Assembly: GCA_036172245.1 (NCBI GenBank)
Contig: JAYWIR010000023.1
Location: 1,798,001 to 1,862,000, forward strand
Length of the DNA: 64,000 bases
Source: Raillietiella orientalis
Lineage: Eukaryota
Reading direction: 5' to 3'
Both the position numbers and the translations under genes were made by a program. The notes under the pieces were generated by a model. It had not been told where the DNA came from. It ran no database searches and saw only the letters and a program-made list of their open reading frames with translations. Each line of letters begins with the position of its first letter. Positions within the stretch are counted from its first letter, which is position 1. Shown here one piece after another: positions 1-12,600 of the stretch.

Positions 1-273
1 TATTCATGTGGTGTTTGTGTCCCATGCTTAACATAAAACTGTAAATTTATAAAATAAGGAAATATTTGAAAGATTATGTCTTATTATCAACGTCCCTATT
101 TTACGCTTTACGCTGACAACAAAGGCTTTACCAACAGTGCTAAGCGTAGGTTTATTATTTTCTCAATGGTCAATCTTCTTGTCCCACTATTTTCTGATGA
201 CCTTAAAATTACCTTCTTACAGTCATCAATATCTTCTTGCAATTCGTGCAGGCTTTTTGACATGGATGTTTTC
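1..273 (-). CDS. Partial gene running off the left edge; DEF8-like N-terminal helical segment (exon about 132-273, next exon 1-38)
   Basis: The minus strand reads MSKSLHELQEDIDDCKKVILRSSENSGTRRLTIEKIINLRLALL, between cttgcacag| and |gtaaag. This resembles my recollection of DEF8 '[33 protein letters not shown]'. The next acceptor, tttacag|, opens FYVKHGTQTPHE at the window edge. Confidence 0.35.
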
Positions 274-384
274 CTGTGCAAGAGGTTCCACATTTACCTG
301 CATGAAAGTTGAAACTTTCTGACTCATTCCCCACATAAGAAAGCTCCAACTTGAACTACTTTAGCTGTGGATTTATTCGGTATT

Positions 385-408
385 TATATATATATATATA
401 TATATATA
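385..408. repeat. (TA)12 microsatellite
   Basis: Direct reading of the TA run. Confidence 0.95.
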
Positions 409-2619
409 CAGGCTTAAATCTTTACCATCATCATGTGGAATGACTAAATCAACCACGCACTACAACGTGAATGTAAAACTGAACAACCTTGCACTCTTGA
501 CAAAATAGTGACCTCGGAATGCGGACTTCAATTTTTACAAACCCTACTACGATCTGCGAGAGCGCTTCAGGAAATAGCAAAGCTTAAAGCAAGAATATTT
601 GTTAACTTTTCGTTTATATCAGTTACACATACAACATTTCATGATTCAGCACAAATATTTCAATTAACTATTGGTTGTTTCCAAAATCACTATTACTGAA
701 AGAAAACCCATGAGTAAACCTAACATATACATACTGCAACAATCACCCTTAAAAATTGTTCGTACAATCAAAAGTAAACCCAAAATACAAAACACAATAA
801 AATTTCCCGACAGAGAAGTATTCATTTGGGGACATTTACGATGATTCTGTAATTATGAAATTCTTTACTGAATTCCCTTCTTTCCTCACAAAACGTCAAA
901 ACTGTATATCTTGAAAACATTTTATTAAAGAGAATCTAAGATCTGCGAATTATTTCCCTAAAAATAGTACATAAATAATTCTGTGGAATCGTTGTGTTCA
1001 AATCGCTTACAAATCATACGCAAGTCTAAACCAAAACTAATCTCCTAATATTCTAATAATATGCATTTTCCATGCAAAACATTGAATACAACCTTTAAGG
1101 AATTTCCCTTGCAAAGAAAAACTGTTTTATGGTTGTTGCTTTTATAAACAAACCAAAGAAATTTACGATAGGTCAAATAGTGCTATCATTTTATTGTAGT
1201 TGTAAAAAAGATACATCGTATATTAAAAAAGTATATGTTAATAATCTATGATCATTTTCTGCAAATTTCCATCCAATACTGTTATATCCAAAGAAACATT
1301 TCTTATTTTAATATTGGTGCAAATTGCTCTCTTCCTAGAAATGCAGACTGCTAATAAGTATTAACCTGTATTATTGTTAAAGTGATTTTTTGAATTGACT
1401 ACTAAATTTCAGCAGTCTTTAGAAGTCATGCCATCAGTAGTATGCTGAATTAATGATCTCAAGGAATTTACACATGCATTAACGGATTTCAAATAAACTC
1501 TAAAGAAATTGAACATTTTCATGATAATTCAGGAAATGTAAAATTCACGCCAAGAAGTTAGTATGCATTAGTAAAGATTCGAAAGAAACCCATAGACAGC
1601 ACAGTATATAGTCCGAAGGCTATGGAAATTTCATGGGGTCATTTAAAAGGAATGAAATTCAATGTACTACTCCAACTTAATTTAACATTACTTCCAAATG
1701 TTAGACCTTTCCATTGATAGCGGTACGAAATGTTAAAGGTACAGTGTTATAAAAAAATTATAAAAACAATATTTTTTTTAAATAAAAACTGATAAAACTA
1801 GCCTTCTAAAATGGACTGTATTCTATGATGAAATATTCTTTAAAACGAAAAACAAAGGACGAAAAATAATGTGACATCTTATGGCACGCATAATTTTTAC
1901 CGTCTTGTACACAGTAAATCTCAAAATGCATTCATTCGTACTCATGCACCGATATATTAACAATTTAATTAACAGTAGGGTTTTGACCGACTATGGACAT
2001 TAACTGGATATTCAATGGAGCACTTGCATTAGGTTCTTGAAGGACACATGTTGAATTTGTATTTAGTTTTCGAAAATTACCTTTTCATTCATTCACCTCA
2101 AGCAGAGACCAGTATTCGGTAAAAATTTTAAACCCCTACCGCCTTTTTTTTTTGTTTCCTTATGAAGGGAAGGGTTATACGTGATTTCTGGAGGAATATT
2201 GTGTTTTAAGGAATATTTCATCATAGAATGCAGTCTATTTTCGAATGACAGTTTTATCAATTTTTTAGAAAAGTATTTTGTAAAAATTGGGTTATGCTAA
2301 CAAACATTGTACCTATATCGTTTCTTACTGATATCAATCGAAAAGCCGAAAGGGAAACATCGATATTCATAACATCATTATTTGAAAATTTATACGAAAT
2401 TTAAAACAATGTCTATATCGTAGTAACCATTTTTGCCTTGGTTCGTGAAATATTAGGAATATTTTTCATTCTGATGTTCGTTTCTATCAGTCTCACTTCT
2501 TCAAAAATTCGATTGTAAGTTCCTTTTGTTGAAACATTGTTGCGTTCTTTAATATCAATTCTCTTTGTCTAACGAAGACAGACACAAGATACTCAAGAAC
2601 TGTGATTTTTAAATAAGAT

Positions 2620-4026
2620 ATGACATCACTGCTTAGATTATGCTGTTGGGGAATTGAAGAGGATACAGATCAAACCAGTAGACAGAAAGCTGAAGATGAT
2701 AAACTGGAAGATATTCTTAAGCAGTTTCGAATTTCTGATGAACAACTCCGAGAAATAATGAAGATTCTTCTTGATGAAATCAATAAGGGATTGAAGAAGA
2801 GTACAAACCCTCTTTCCAGCGTAAAATGTTTTCCGACGTACGTTCATAACATTCCAACGGGAAAAGAAAAAGGAAAATTTCTGGCCCTTGATTTGGGAGG
2901 TTCAAATTTTCGTATTTTGTTACTTACTGTGGATGGACGCAAAATAGAATTTGAATCTGAGACCTATACCATGCCTGAAAGTCTGAAAACAAGCGCATCA
3001 AACAAGCTGTTTGCCTTTATTGCTGACTGTTTGGAAGAATTCATACACACACGAAGTCTTGAACAGGAAGTTCTTAGTCTTGCATTCACCTTTAGTTTTC
3101 CTCTGATACAAAGAGGAATTAAACGAGCAATTTTATTGAAATGGACAAAAGACTTTAAATGTCCCGGGGCGGAAGGTCATGACATAGTCCAGATTTTAGA
3201 AGAAGCATTAGCTACGAAAGGCTTGAAAGTCGATGTCAAAGCAATCATCAATGATACAACTGGATGTTTAATGTCCTGTGCAAGTCGCTATCCTACTTGT
3301 TACATGGGTGTCATTGTTGGTACGGGAACGAATGCTTGTTATATGGAAAAAATGGAAAATGTGGAACTGTATGAAGGCTCCAGAGAAAATAAGACAGAAG
3401 TCATCATCAATTTGGAATGGGGAGCATTTGGTGAAAATGGCTGCTTAAAGCACATACAAACAGAATTTGATAAAATTGTAGATAGAGCTGATGCACATCC
3501 TGGGCAACACATATTTGAGAAACTAATATCTGGATTGTATTTAGGAGAACTTGTTCGTTTGATACTAAATGATCTTTATAAAAAAAAAATATTTATGAAA
3601 AACAAGCCACTTCCGAAATTTCTAAAAGAACAGAATGGTTTTGATACGAAATTTATGTCCACTGTAGAAATCGACAAAGGAGTGACTTGGTCGAATACCA
3701 GAGAATTGTTAGAAGCACATTTTCAAGAGAAGAATTTTTCCAGAAGAGATCTGGAGATATTCCACAAAGTTTGCAAAACTGTCACCATGAGGTCTGCTTT
3801 TCTTTTATCAGCAGCCATTAGTACTGTGATAAATAAAATGGGCAGGACGCAAGTTACCGTGGGAATGGATGGCTCATTATATAGATTCCATCCTAGATAT
3901 CGCGAATATCTCTACGAAAAGATAAATGTTTTCAAAAATCCAGATATTCAATTTGATCTTCAACTAGCAGTTGATGGATCAGGAAGAGGAGCAGCATTAG
4001 TTGCAGCAACTTATGAGAAAGCTTAA
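2620..4026 (+). CDS. Hexokinase (single-domain, 468 aa), intronless
   Basis: Uninterrupted ORF with hexokinase motifs KCFPTYV, FLALDLGGSNFR, FTFSFP, WTK, INDTTG, GVIVGTGTNACYME, INLEWGAFG, FEKLISGLYLGE, DGSLYRFHP and DGSGRGAAL. An AATAAA overlaps the stop codon. Confidence 0.96.
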   Translation: MTSLLRLCCWGIEEDTDQTSRQKAEDDKLEDILKQFRISDEQLREIMKILLDEINKGLKKSTNPLSSVKCFPTYVHNIPTGKEKGKFLALDLGGSNFRILLLTVDGRKIEFESETYTMPESLKTSASNKLFAFIADCLEEFIHTRSLEQEVLSLAFTFSFPLIQRGIKRAILLKWTKDFKCPGAEGHDIVQILEEALATKGLKVDVKAIINDTTGCLMSCASRYPTCYMGVIVGTGTNACYMEKMENVELYEGSRENKTEVIINLEWGAFGENGCLKHIQTEFDKIVDRADAHPGQHIFEKLISGLYLGELVRLILNDLYKKKIFMKNKPLPKFLKEQNGFDTKFMSTVEIDKGVTWSNTRELLEAHFQEKNFSRRDLEIFHKVCKTVTMRSAFLLSAAISTVINKMGRTQVTVGMDGSLYRFHPRYREYLYEKINVFKNPDIQFDLQLAVDGSGRGAALVAATYEKA

Positions 4027-7000
4027 TAAAGAACCAGACGCATGTTGCAAATTCATTGGAAATAGAGCTTTCTGTTCTCTAGAAACTGTTATCATCGCAA
4101 TACGTAAATGATTAAACATCAAATAAATCTTTAAGCAAATAGATCTTCCTACCCTTCAATGGTTGCAAAATTGTATCAGTTTTCGAAGGAGCTTTGTTTT
4201 TTTAAAACTTTAATTATACTTATTGTTTCAGAGGTAATTTCGACTATTGCATATGGAAACTTCATACAGAACTACATTCACGTTCACCATAAGATGTTTT
4301 AGCATTTTTTTAAATAATAAAGTTATCATAATATCAGTTTATAACACAGTAGGACTTCTGTTAGAAAGTTATTTGAGAACATCACAAATATTCACATACT
4401 GCAGGAGGTTTCCAGTGATTGCAATCCTCTACTAGAATGAAAAAGATGGGCTCATAAAAAAAGAAAACAGTCTTTTATGGAGAAAAGTCAAATGTTCCTT
4501 ATCAAGTATTTTATATTTTGATGCTATCCAAGTTTAGTATGAAAGCAACAGACACATGAAAACATACTGTAAAAATTTACTGAGTGTATTCTAATGATAG
4601 TGTAAATCATTTAATTCTTTATGGTTTCCTCATACATTCGAATATAACTTGGTAACTGAAGAAACTATCAAGTGAATTTTATCAGCATTCTCTGATTTCT
4701 ATGTATGAAATCTGATCTTTCTATATGTGAGTTTCCTGAGATCTATAGAAACCAATAGGTGATTTTCAGATAATTATCAAAGATTATTTCAGTTCAAGTG
4801 CATCATTAAGTATTATCAAGTGTCATAACCATGCGTTCCTTTTACTTATTGATTTAGGAAAATTCTCAAATTCCATTTATAAATTTGATAACCGCAATTT
4901 TTTTAATAGAAGTTAAATCTGGGCACTGTACTTTCAACGCTGAGTTTGCTTATGTGATTAGTGGGATTATACTATCTTGAATGATTCACATAATGTTATT
5001 CATTCTGCAATGGTTAAAAGACGGTATGCACCACTTGTTGCTGATAATTGTTAAGATACAACTTATGTATAAATAATGGCTGCCATTAATTAAAAATTAT
5101 GGGAATACACATAACTTTCATAGGTATAAATACATCACAATACAGTAAATTCGAGAAAATGAACAATAGGAAGGCAACTATCACATGAATAACGAGGATC
5201 TAACCACCAATTTGACAGAGAAAATAACGTATTCAACTGGATAAAGAAAAGAAAAAAGTACTGTTTTTAAGGAAGGAACATCAAATTTTGAATTATATCT
5301 TCCTATGAAGTAAAACGTCATAATTACAACATTTGTTAGATTTATTTAAATCTTGATCAGAGCTAGCAGTCCAAATGTGAAATAGGGACTTGTGGGATTG
5401 TTACAGTCCAGGACAACGGCCAATAAATAAAGCAACAGACACAAGACGTACATGGTCTTTGGCTTTTAATTTAAAAATATCTGTTTCACGAATCGCAATG
5501 TCAAGGTTTTTCAACGTAAAGTGCTCTATGTGATGGAAACAAAAGCTTCAGAAGACAATGCAAGATAGACATTGTACAGGAAATATACACTCCATCTTTA
5601 ATATGGAACTCAACTTCTTCAAGTGAAAATGAAAGAAATGAAAATTGATGAAGTGAAAATAAAAACTCAGGTGTATACTCCTGTTGGTAACAGATATAAT
5701 TTCTAACTTGATTCTTAGAATTTTACTCATTTTCAGAAACTTCAAAGTTAATGAGTTACCGGTTGTTGAAGACATTATTAATTGCAGACTTCAAGGCATA
5801 AACTTGTGAAATATAGGATTTCTGTCATTAATTTTGAAAGCTTTTATTTGCATTGTGCTATCAAGAAAGTTAACGTGAAATATATTAGGATATTAGCGAA
5901 TAATAAGAGAAACTTGGAAACCATCTCAACATTGTTGGTATCAAGAATCATCAACTTTGTAGGTTGTAATTGGAAGTATTAAATTCTCATAATGAATTCT
6001 CAATCTCATTCTCATGATCGCATGGAGCATCAAGAAAAATAGCAACATGTAATATTTAGTAATCTTTGCTTTTTTTTTTGTAATTTTCTAGGTTCGATAT
6101 CCTTCTCAATCGGTTTAGGTACTAATGAATGCTGAACAAATTAGCATCTAAAGTGAAGACTATGGTATCAAATAAATTATCAATCAGTCTTAAATACCAC
6201 TGAGTTCGAAGTAATGAGCATTGCATCAAAATTAATGTTTTCTACATCAGGATGTAACTGTTCTCTAATAACTGATCGTGAAATGATAAACGTTGCTATT
6301 CTCGAGAAATCAGATCAAACTTGCTCAATTCTTCATGCAAAAGCGATATGTCTCAGACTATTCACAATTAGATTCTTCGAGGTATTTTCATGAGTTTTCT
6401 CCAGATTTACTAAGGCTGTTCTCGAGACACATATTCTTCTTTGTTCACATGCATAAAGCTGATGTATTCTCGAAAACTGCTATGCGAATACTAATAAGAT
6501 AACCATGAGGGTGACGAAGATGAAATATTTTGTTAAACCTTAGGATTTCATCAAAGCTGTTTAACATTTACATCAAAAATTGCTTTAACTACTTGACATG
6601 CTTATCTGAGAGGGCGACTGCTGAATTTGCGAAATGGAAGTTCAATCTTTCATTGTAAAAGGAATTTATTCTTGAGAATGTTGACACATATTCTTATTAT
6701 AGCCTTGCTTTACAGCTTTCCTTAGCCATGGTTTTATTTTATGCTTATAACCCATTAAAATGATTTTCCCTCAATGTGTTTGTCGATCCTTATAAACTTG
6801 ACCGATTTTAAGTTTTATTATTCTGAACTCAGTGTCCGAAGACTTTATTATTCTTAACTTTTGAAGTTCTCCGTGTGAAGATACAGTTTTTGTATTGGTG
6901 GTATTTTTAAAATAAAGATTAAGATCCTTTCTTTGCACTCTAATCTTTGTAGTCAATAATGAGTTCTTTGCAAAGTTGAGGAGCTTGCATTGTATAATAC

Positions 7001-9667
7001 TTACTCGTATTATTGTAAAGAAATAAAATTGAAAACAGTTAAAATAATGCTAACATTTTCAAATGCCCTTTGCAGCTTTTATTATTATTTTTAGAAGTCT
7101 GATAACGTCTGTATTTTTTAATGGGAAATCTCATGGGTGTGATGTGTTAATTCTAAATCACCATACATCAGAAAAGTGCTTATTCTGATGCTTGTGTTTC
7201 TGGCTCTTTAAATCCTAGTTCCCTTGAATGTGGAGTATTATCTCCTGCATCATCTCTTGATGACTTTATAAATGCTATTCTAAAGCAGTTTAAGAACTTG
7301 TCTCACGTATTAATATTTTAATATTGATAGATAACTAGAATTAATTTTTTGTTCTTATCCTTTCTTTCCTATTTTAGCTTTTATGTAATTTATATAAATA
7401 TCAAAATGTGTTCACGAAAAGAGTTGGCAAGGTTAATTGGAATATCGTAAAAATATAAGGTCTAATGATTGAACACATTGTACATCGAGTGTAAAGCAGC
7501 AGTTGAAGTTTCGAACGTGAAGTTGCCATGTGGAATGCATGTTTAGGGTGAATAAGTTTTGCATACGTTTTTACAGTAAATGTAAGTAGGATGTGTAGCT
7601 CCATGACTCGTTAGCAGCCTTTCAGTGAAAGATATTTTTGTACATACATAAAACGCCATGAACTGAAAAAATGGTTAAATTGGAATGTTACATGCATTAA
7701 TATATCGCTTGTTAATGCTCAATTGCCGTCAACTTAGGTTTATTTAGTAGTCAAAATGTAGGAGAGCATTATTAATTAATTTTTATTGAATTGCCTTTTT
7801 TTTTCTTCAATTATGTGTTAAACCTCCTCACTTAATTAGTATTTACTAGCAAATGATAACTTTAAAATGATTATTTTCAATATGTATGCGTTGACGATTT
7901 GTCAAGAAAGACTTTAAATGGCCGAAAGGTAAATAATAGGTATAGAGTAGTTTGGTCTTTGGCATGGACATAAGTGAACGTTTTCGACAACGATTGTCTC
8001 GGAACTTTAGTGGTTAGAATTAGATGTAAATTGTTGTACCGCCTAACACGCAGGGATAACTGCAATTATAATTGCAATTATTCTAAATTTCAAAATGCGT
8101 TATCGTATGCATTTAAAGGTGAATGTAAGAATAAAAACGGAGAATATAGGCTTTCACATAACAGACTGAGAACCCAAGTAGCAGTTGTGCTCTCACAAAA
8201 TTTGTATGAAATTCAAAAGCAACTTATTTATTATTTTCCAATGTTTGTGACTTTGTTTTCGCCTAATTGCAATTTTGTAATTCACGTAACAGCAATAATT
8301 TTCACCATTTTAACCTCAGATAGTGTCTTTTTCATTTTAACCTCACATACCAGTGAAATTCATAAATTCATTTTCAGACTTTCCACGTTAACCGACTGAA
8401 TTCTGTAGCAATTATCAATTTTTTTCAATTTCAAATTCCTTAATTCGTGAAGCAAATCACATAATAGCAGCTCTATATAAGAATTTACATCATGTAGTTT
8501 CAAAAATAGAACAATAATGGAATCTCAAAACTGTAATTGAAAATCAAATTTAAAATTTATTGGTAAGCATTTCAGTTTACTTCCGATTAGAGGGAGTTTG
8601 AATAGATAATCAGAATCTTCATGTGCTTTTGCATTATGAAAGATAATGAAAAGCATGCACATTTAGAGCTAATGGTTATGCACATTGTGATGTACTGCCT
8701 GAACCACTTTTACTCAAAACTTTAAATGTACCCTAATTTAATTTAGCATCTTACAAGCTTTTGCTCAGCTTGTTTGTAAACTGTGCATCTGTTCAGTGTT
8801 ATTTTTTTTCTTTTTTCAGAAATGTTTGAAGCAAGTGGGATTGATAAAATTTTAAAGTTTTGACAAATGGCATTTTAAAATATAACTTAAGTGTAGGAAA
8901 TATTGTTAGTTTTAGTTTTACAAACGTTTTAATTGTTTTGGAGCTATGTCTACAACCTTTTATGTAGCCATACACTTCTTTGTGAAAGTGAAAATTCATT
9001 TCAGGCTTTAAAACATGGCATTTAGATAGTTTTGATTTCCAAGGAATTGCTTCAAACAACCTAATTGTCATTTGTTGTGTTATTTGCCCAGTACTTTATT
9101 TGTGCATGTTGACTTTATTTTGGATATTGTTTTCCAATTCATTTGAAAAACTTAGACTTGATTTTTTTTGATTTTTAAAAATCCAAAATTATTAGAATTT
9201 GGCAGTTTTTGTTTTTCTCATTAATTCATATCAGTTTATTGTCGCTATTTCATTTATAGCATTTATTATTTTATAGTGATCTCTATGTATGTCTGAAACA
9301 ACTGAAAGTGATGGGAATACATTGCTGAATGTTCAGTACTCTTCCCTCCACATAGCAGCAGCTGTTATAAGTTTTATACTTTACTTTTAGAGATGCATGA
9401 TTTGTCTAAGCTTTCATAAAAATTGGTTTGTTAGCTCATTAAAAATAAATCTTAGCTGTATTTAGTTTGATATATTTAAAATAAACTGTAATGGATGTTT
9501 TATTAGAAGAATTGATACATGATCTCAAGAATTGGGTCATCGTTAGTGTGTTTATTTGACTTTTGTGTTTTCAAATGCAAAAAATTTGCAACCAAAAAAT
9601 GTTTGATACATTGTATGTTCCAGCTGTATTCATAAACCATGATTTCTTTGAAAATATAAGATAAACA

Positions 9668-12600
9668 ATGAAGATAGACAGGAGTAAGTTAAAAAAAAGT
9701 ACAACAGAAGTGGTACGTATTTTGGTGAATTAAAATCCAGGTTTCATAACTCTTTTGTAGCCCAAAGATTGCAGAGTAGTAATTGAAAGATTTAAGGAGT
9801 GTAATTATGATGAATTAATTTCCGAGTTTAAAAAAATAGAGTCATGGACATTTGGAAAATGCGAGTTGTATCATTGGGTTGATGTTTTGGATATCTGTGA
9901 TACCATTTTGGAGAAAGCAGTACAAAAAGCTAATCCAACTGGTTGGACTATGGCCTGTGATTTATTAGAAAATGTACAGGTATTGTGTATGGTTGAACTT
10001 ATGGGATGTTGGATCTTTTTTCTATAGAATAAAGAATTACTACTTCATGCCCTTCATTTTACTACATTACTGATTGAACATTCATTCTCCCGACATTTGT
10101 ACAATTCTGTGGAGCACTTGATTAGTCTTCTTGCTTCAAATGATATGAATATTGTATTAGCAGTCCTCAATTTGTTGTATATGTTTAGCAAGCGTAGTAA
10201 TTTTATTAGCAGATTACCTCTAGAAAACCGACAACCTTTATTGAATTGCCTTCTTTACATTGCTGAAGTGAGTACATGTTTCTTTTTAATTTGGGATCAA
10301 TCCGTTTTCAGAGCTGGGGTGGCAAAGAAAATGGGTTTGGCTTAGCTGATTGCTGTCAAGAAACATTAATGGTAAGAATTTGATAAGACTTTTAACATGC
10401 AAGTGTATTTTCATCTACCACATAGTAATAGTTATTAGTTTTTTACCATAATTCAGATTTGTAAGGTAAAATCAGAAGTACTTTTTTCACACATCTTTTG
10501 AACATTCAATTTTATTGGCCTAACTGATAATTCTTAATGAGTCAGGAGTATTCAAAAGATGTGAAAATGGACTTAATAGTTTCTTGCCAGTAAGTTGTTT
10601 AATTTCGAAAAACGAAAATATAGTCATTACAAACTAAAATTTAGTTGTAATATTCAAGGTTGTATGGTCTGAGATTTCCTTGCAGTACCAGATTTCTCAC
10701 CAGCACCAAGCATAAGGTGTTACACAAAACAGTTTATGTATGCCATGCCTTTCTAGATAAGCTTGGTCTTAATGCTTTGTACTTCGGTTGATCCGTGCTA
10801 TATTGATACCTTTTTTTATTAAGAGTGTTTTCTTCCATATTTTGTTGCAACGTTTAACTAATAAAGCTTGGGAACTTTTACAAATTATTCTTTTAGCTAC
10901 TATTTATTTTTTAGGTGTTCATCTCATTTGTTTTACATGGCTCTTTTATGTCATTTTTATGCATGCCCTGGATTGTAATCTTAGATTGTAAACTAATAAA
11001 AGGAATTTTATTCTATTGGTTTCTGTGTTTAGGTTGTTTCAAAGGTGTTCACAGGTGTTTTCTCAAATCTTACATTATTACTTAAAAGTTACGTGTTGCT
11101 CTTAATCTTTGGGTTTGTGGTGATTTTTTGATTATATCAATTATGAAAGTTAAAGATGATTCCATTGTTTATGGTCAATGTAAGCACATTTGTTTTGTTT
11201 TTTTAATGTAACGATTTTATTTGTGTGCACATTTGATAAAATATCCTGACCATTGGTCATAAGGTGCTGCCATCAGAATGACGATAATTCTGTTAGTAAT
11301 TCGTGTAATTTGCATAACAACAAAATTGTTTTTTTTTTTCCTGCAAATAAATCTTGTTATTGTGCAAATTACATACAGCTGTGCCTGATTTGACAGCAGA
11401 GATGCTTTTTTCTTAAAATCATTCCATTGGAGTAGTTCATGCAATGCATAACTTTATAGGAAACTTCGAAGTTTATTCAAAATACCAAGTCTGACAGCAC
11501 AGTAGTCTTTTATTTACGTAGTAGCATTAAAGAATATAAGTAAATAATTATATAGAAACTTTTTAAACATAACTCATTATAATTAACTATTGTGTTTTAC
11601 AGTTGCGTCTCATTATTTATGATGGAATATTTGGCCAGTTTACTGTTCTAATTACATTTGCAGAGTGTGCAGCATTATCTTAGCAATGTGCATGTATCAT
11701 TAAGAATTGAAATTGATATTTGGTATCTCTCAGGTCTTTGGGGGAATACTTTATTCTCCAAATTCTAGAAACTCTAAATCTTTCCATTCTCAAAAAAGTT
11801 GAATTGAGACTTATTTATTTAACTGAACATTAGGAGTGCCATGCGAGTGCAACAACATTGCAGTTTGAATACTATAATGAAACGAGTGTTGATGCATCAC
11901 AGAACAAAAAAAATGTTTCTAATATGTTGACCGTGATACATATTCCACATTTGGACCAACTGAATAAAACTCCTTCTCAAATAATGGAGGAAGTATTGCA
12001 GAATTGTGCTGTACCACAAGCTAAGCAGGTAAATAAGTTGTGGTATTAGTGGTATTTTTACTACCTATGCGGTACTCTTGTTACAGATGCAATTATATAT
12101 GCATATCAGATTAGCTAGTGGCTTTTCTGATTACAGGAAACGATTGCAATTCATTCAGGCACGATTACAAGCATTGTGTGTTCTGATTTATTCAAACTCT
12201 GTGTTAGATAGTTTACCAACTGCTCACTATGGTGGTCTTTTGGAAGAATTGGTGGATGTGCTGGAATTGCAACAGCCATGCCTTATGGTGAGTAATTTTC
12301 TGTAATATTGTGCATCAACAAGCAGTTCCAGGACATTAAAGCAGCAGCTCTCAAAACCATGACAGCCATCATTCATTTAGATAGGGGACCAGCTGTACCA
12401 AAGTGAGTAGGCACACTAAGTGAAAGTGTTGTTAAAAATGATATTGGGTAGATTGGCTAACATTATTGATGTCACAGAAGCAGCATCTTATCACGGATTT
12501 TTACCAGTGCTAGTTAGAACCTGCATTAATTCACTGATTAATTCCGAGGGAGCAACTTTCCCATTATCATTTGTTACAGCCTTGTTTAGTTTTTTGTACC

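Noticed and set aside
6295..6480. Recurring TTCTCGA(G/A) motif as heat-shock elements or a repeat array
   Set aside because: Only three or four short, irregularly spaced copies, with no full three-unit nGAAn array; not CRISPR-like.
4247..9071. Short AT-rich ORFs between hexokinase and HUWE1
   Set aside because: No recognisable motifs or consistent splice pattern; probably intergenic or 5'UTR intron sequence.
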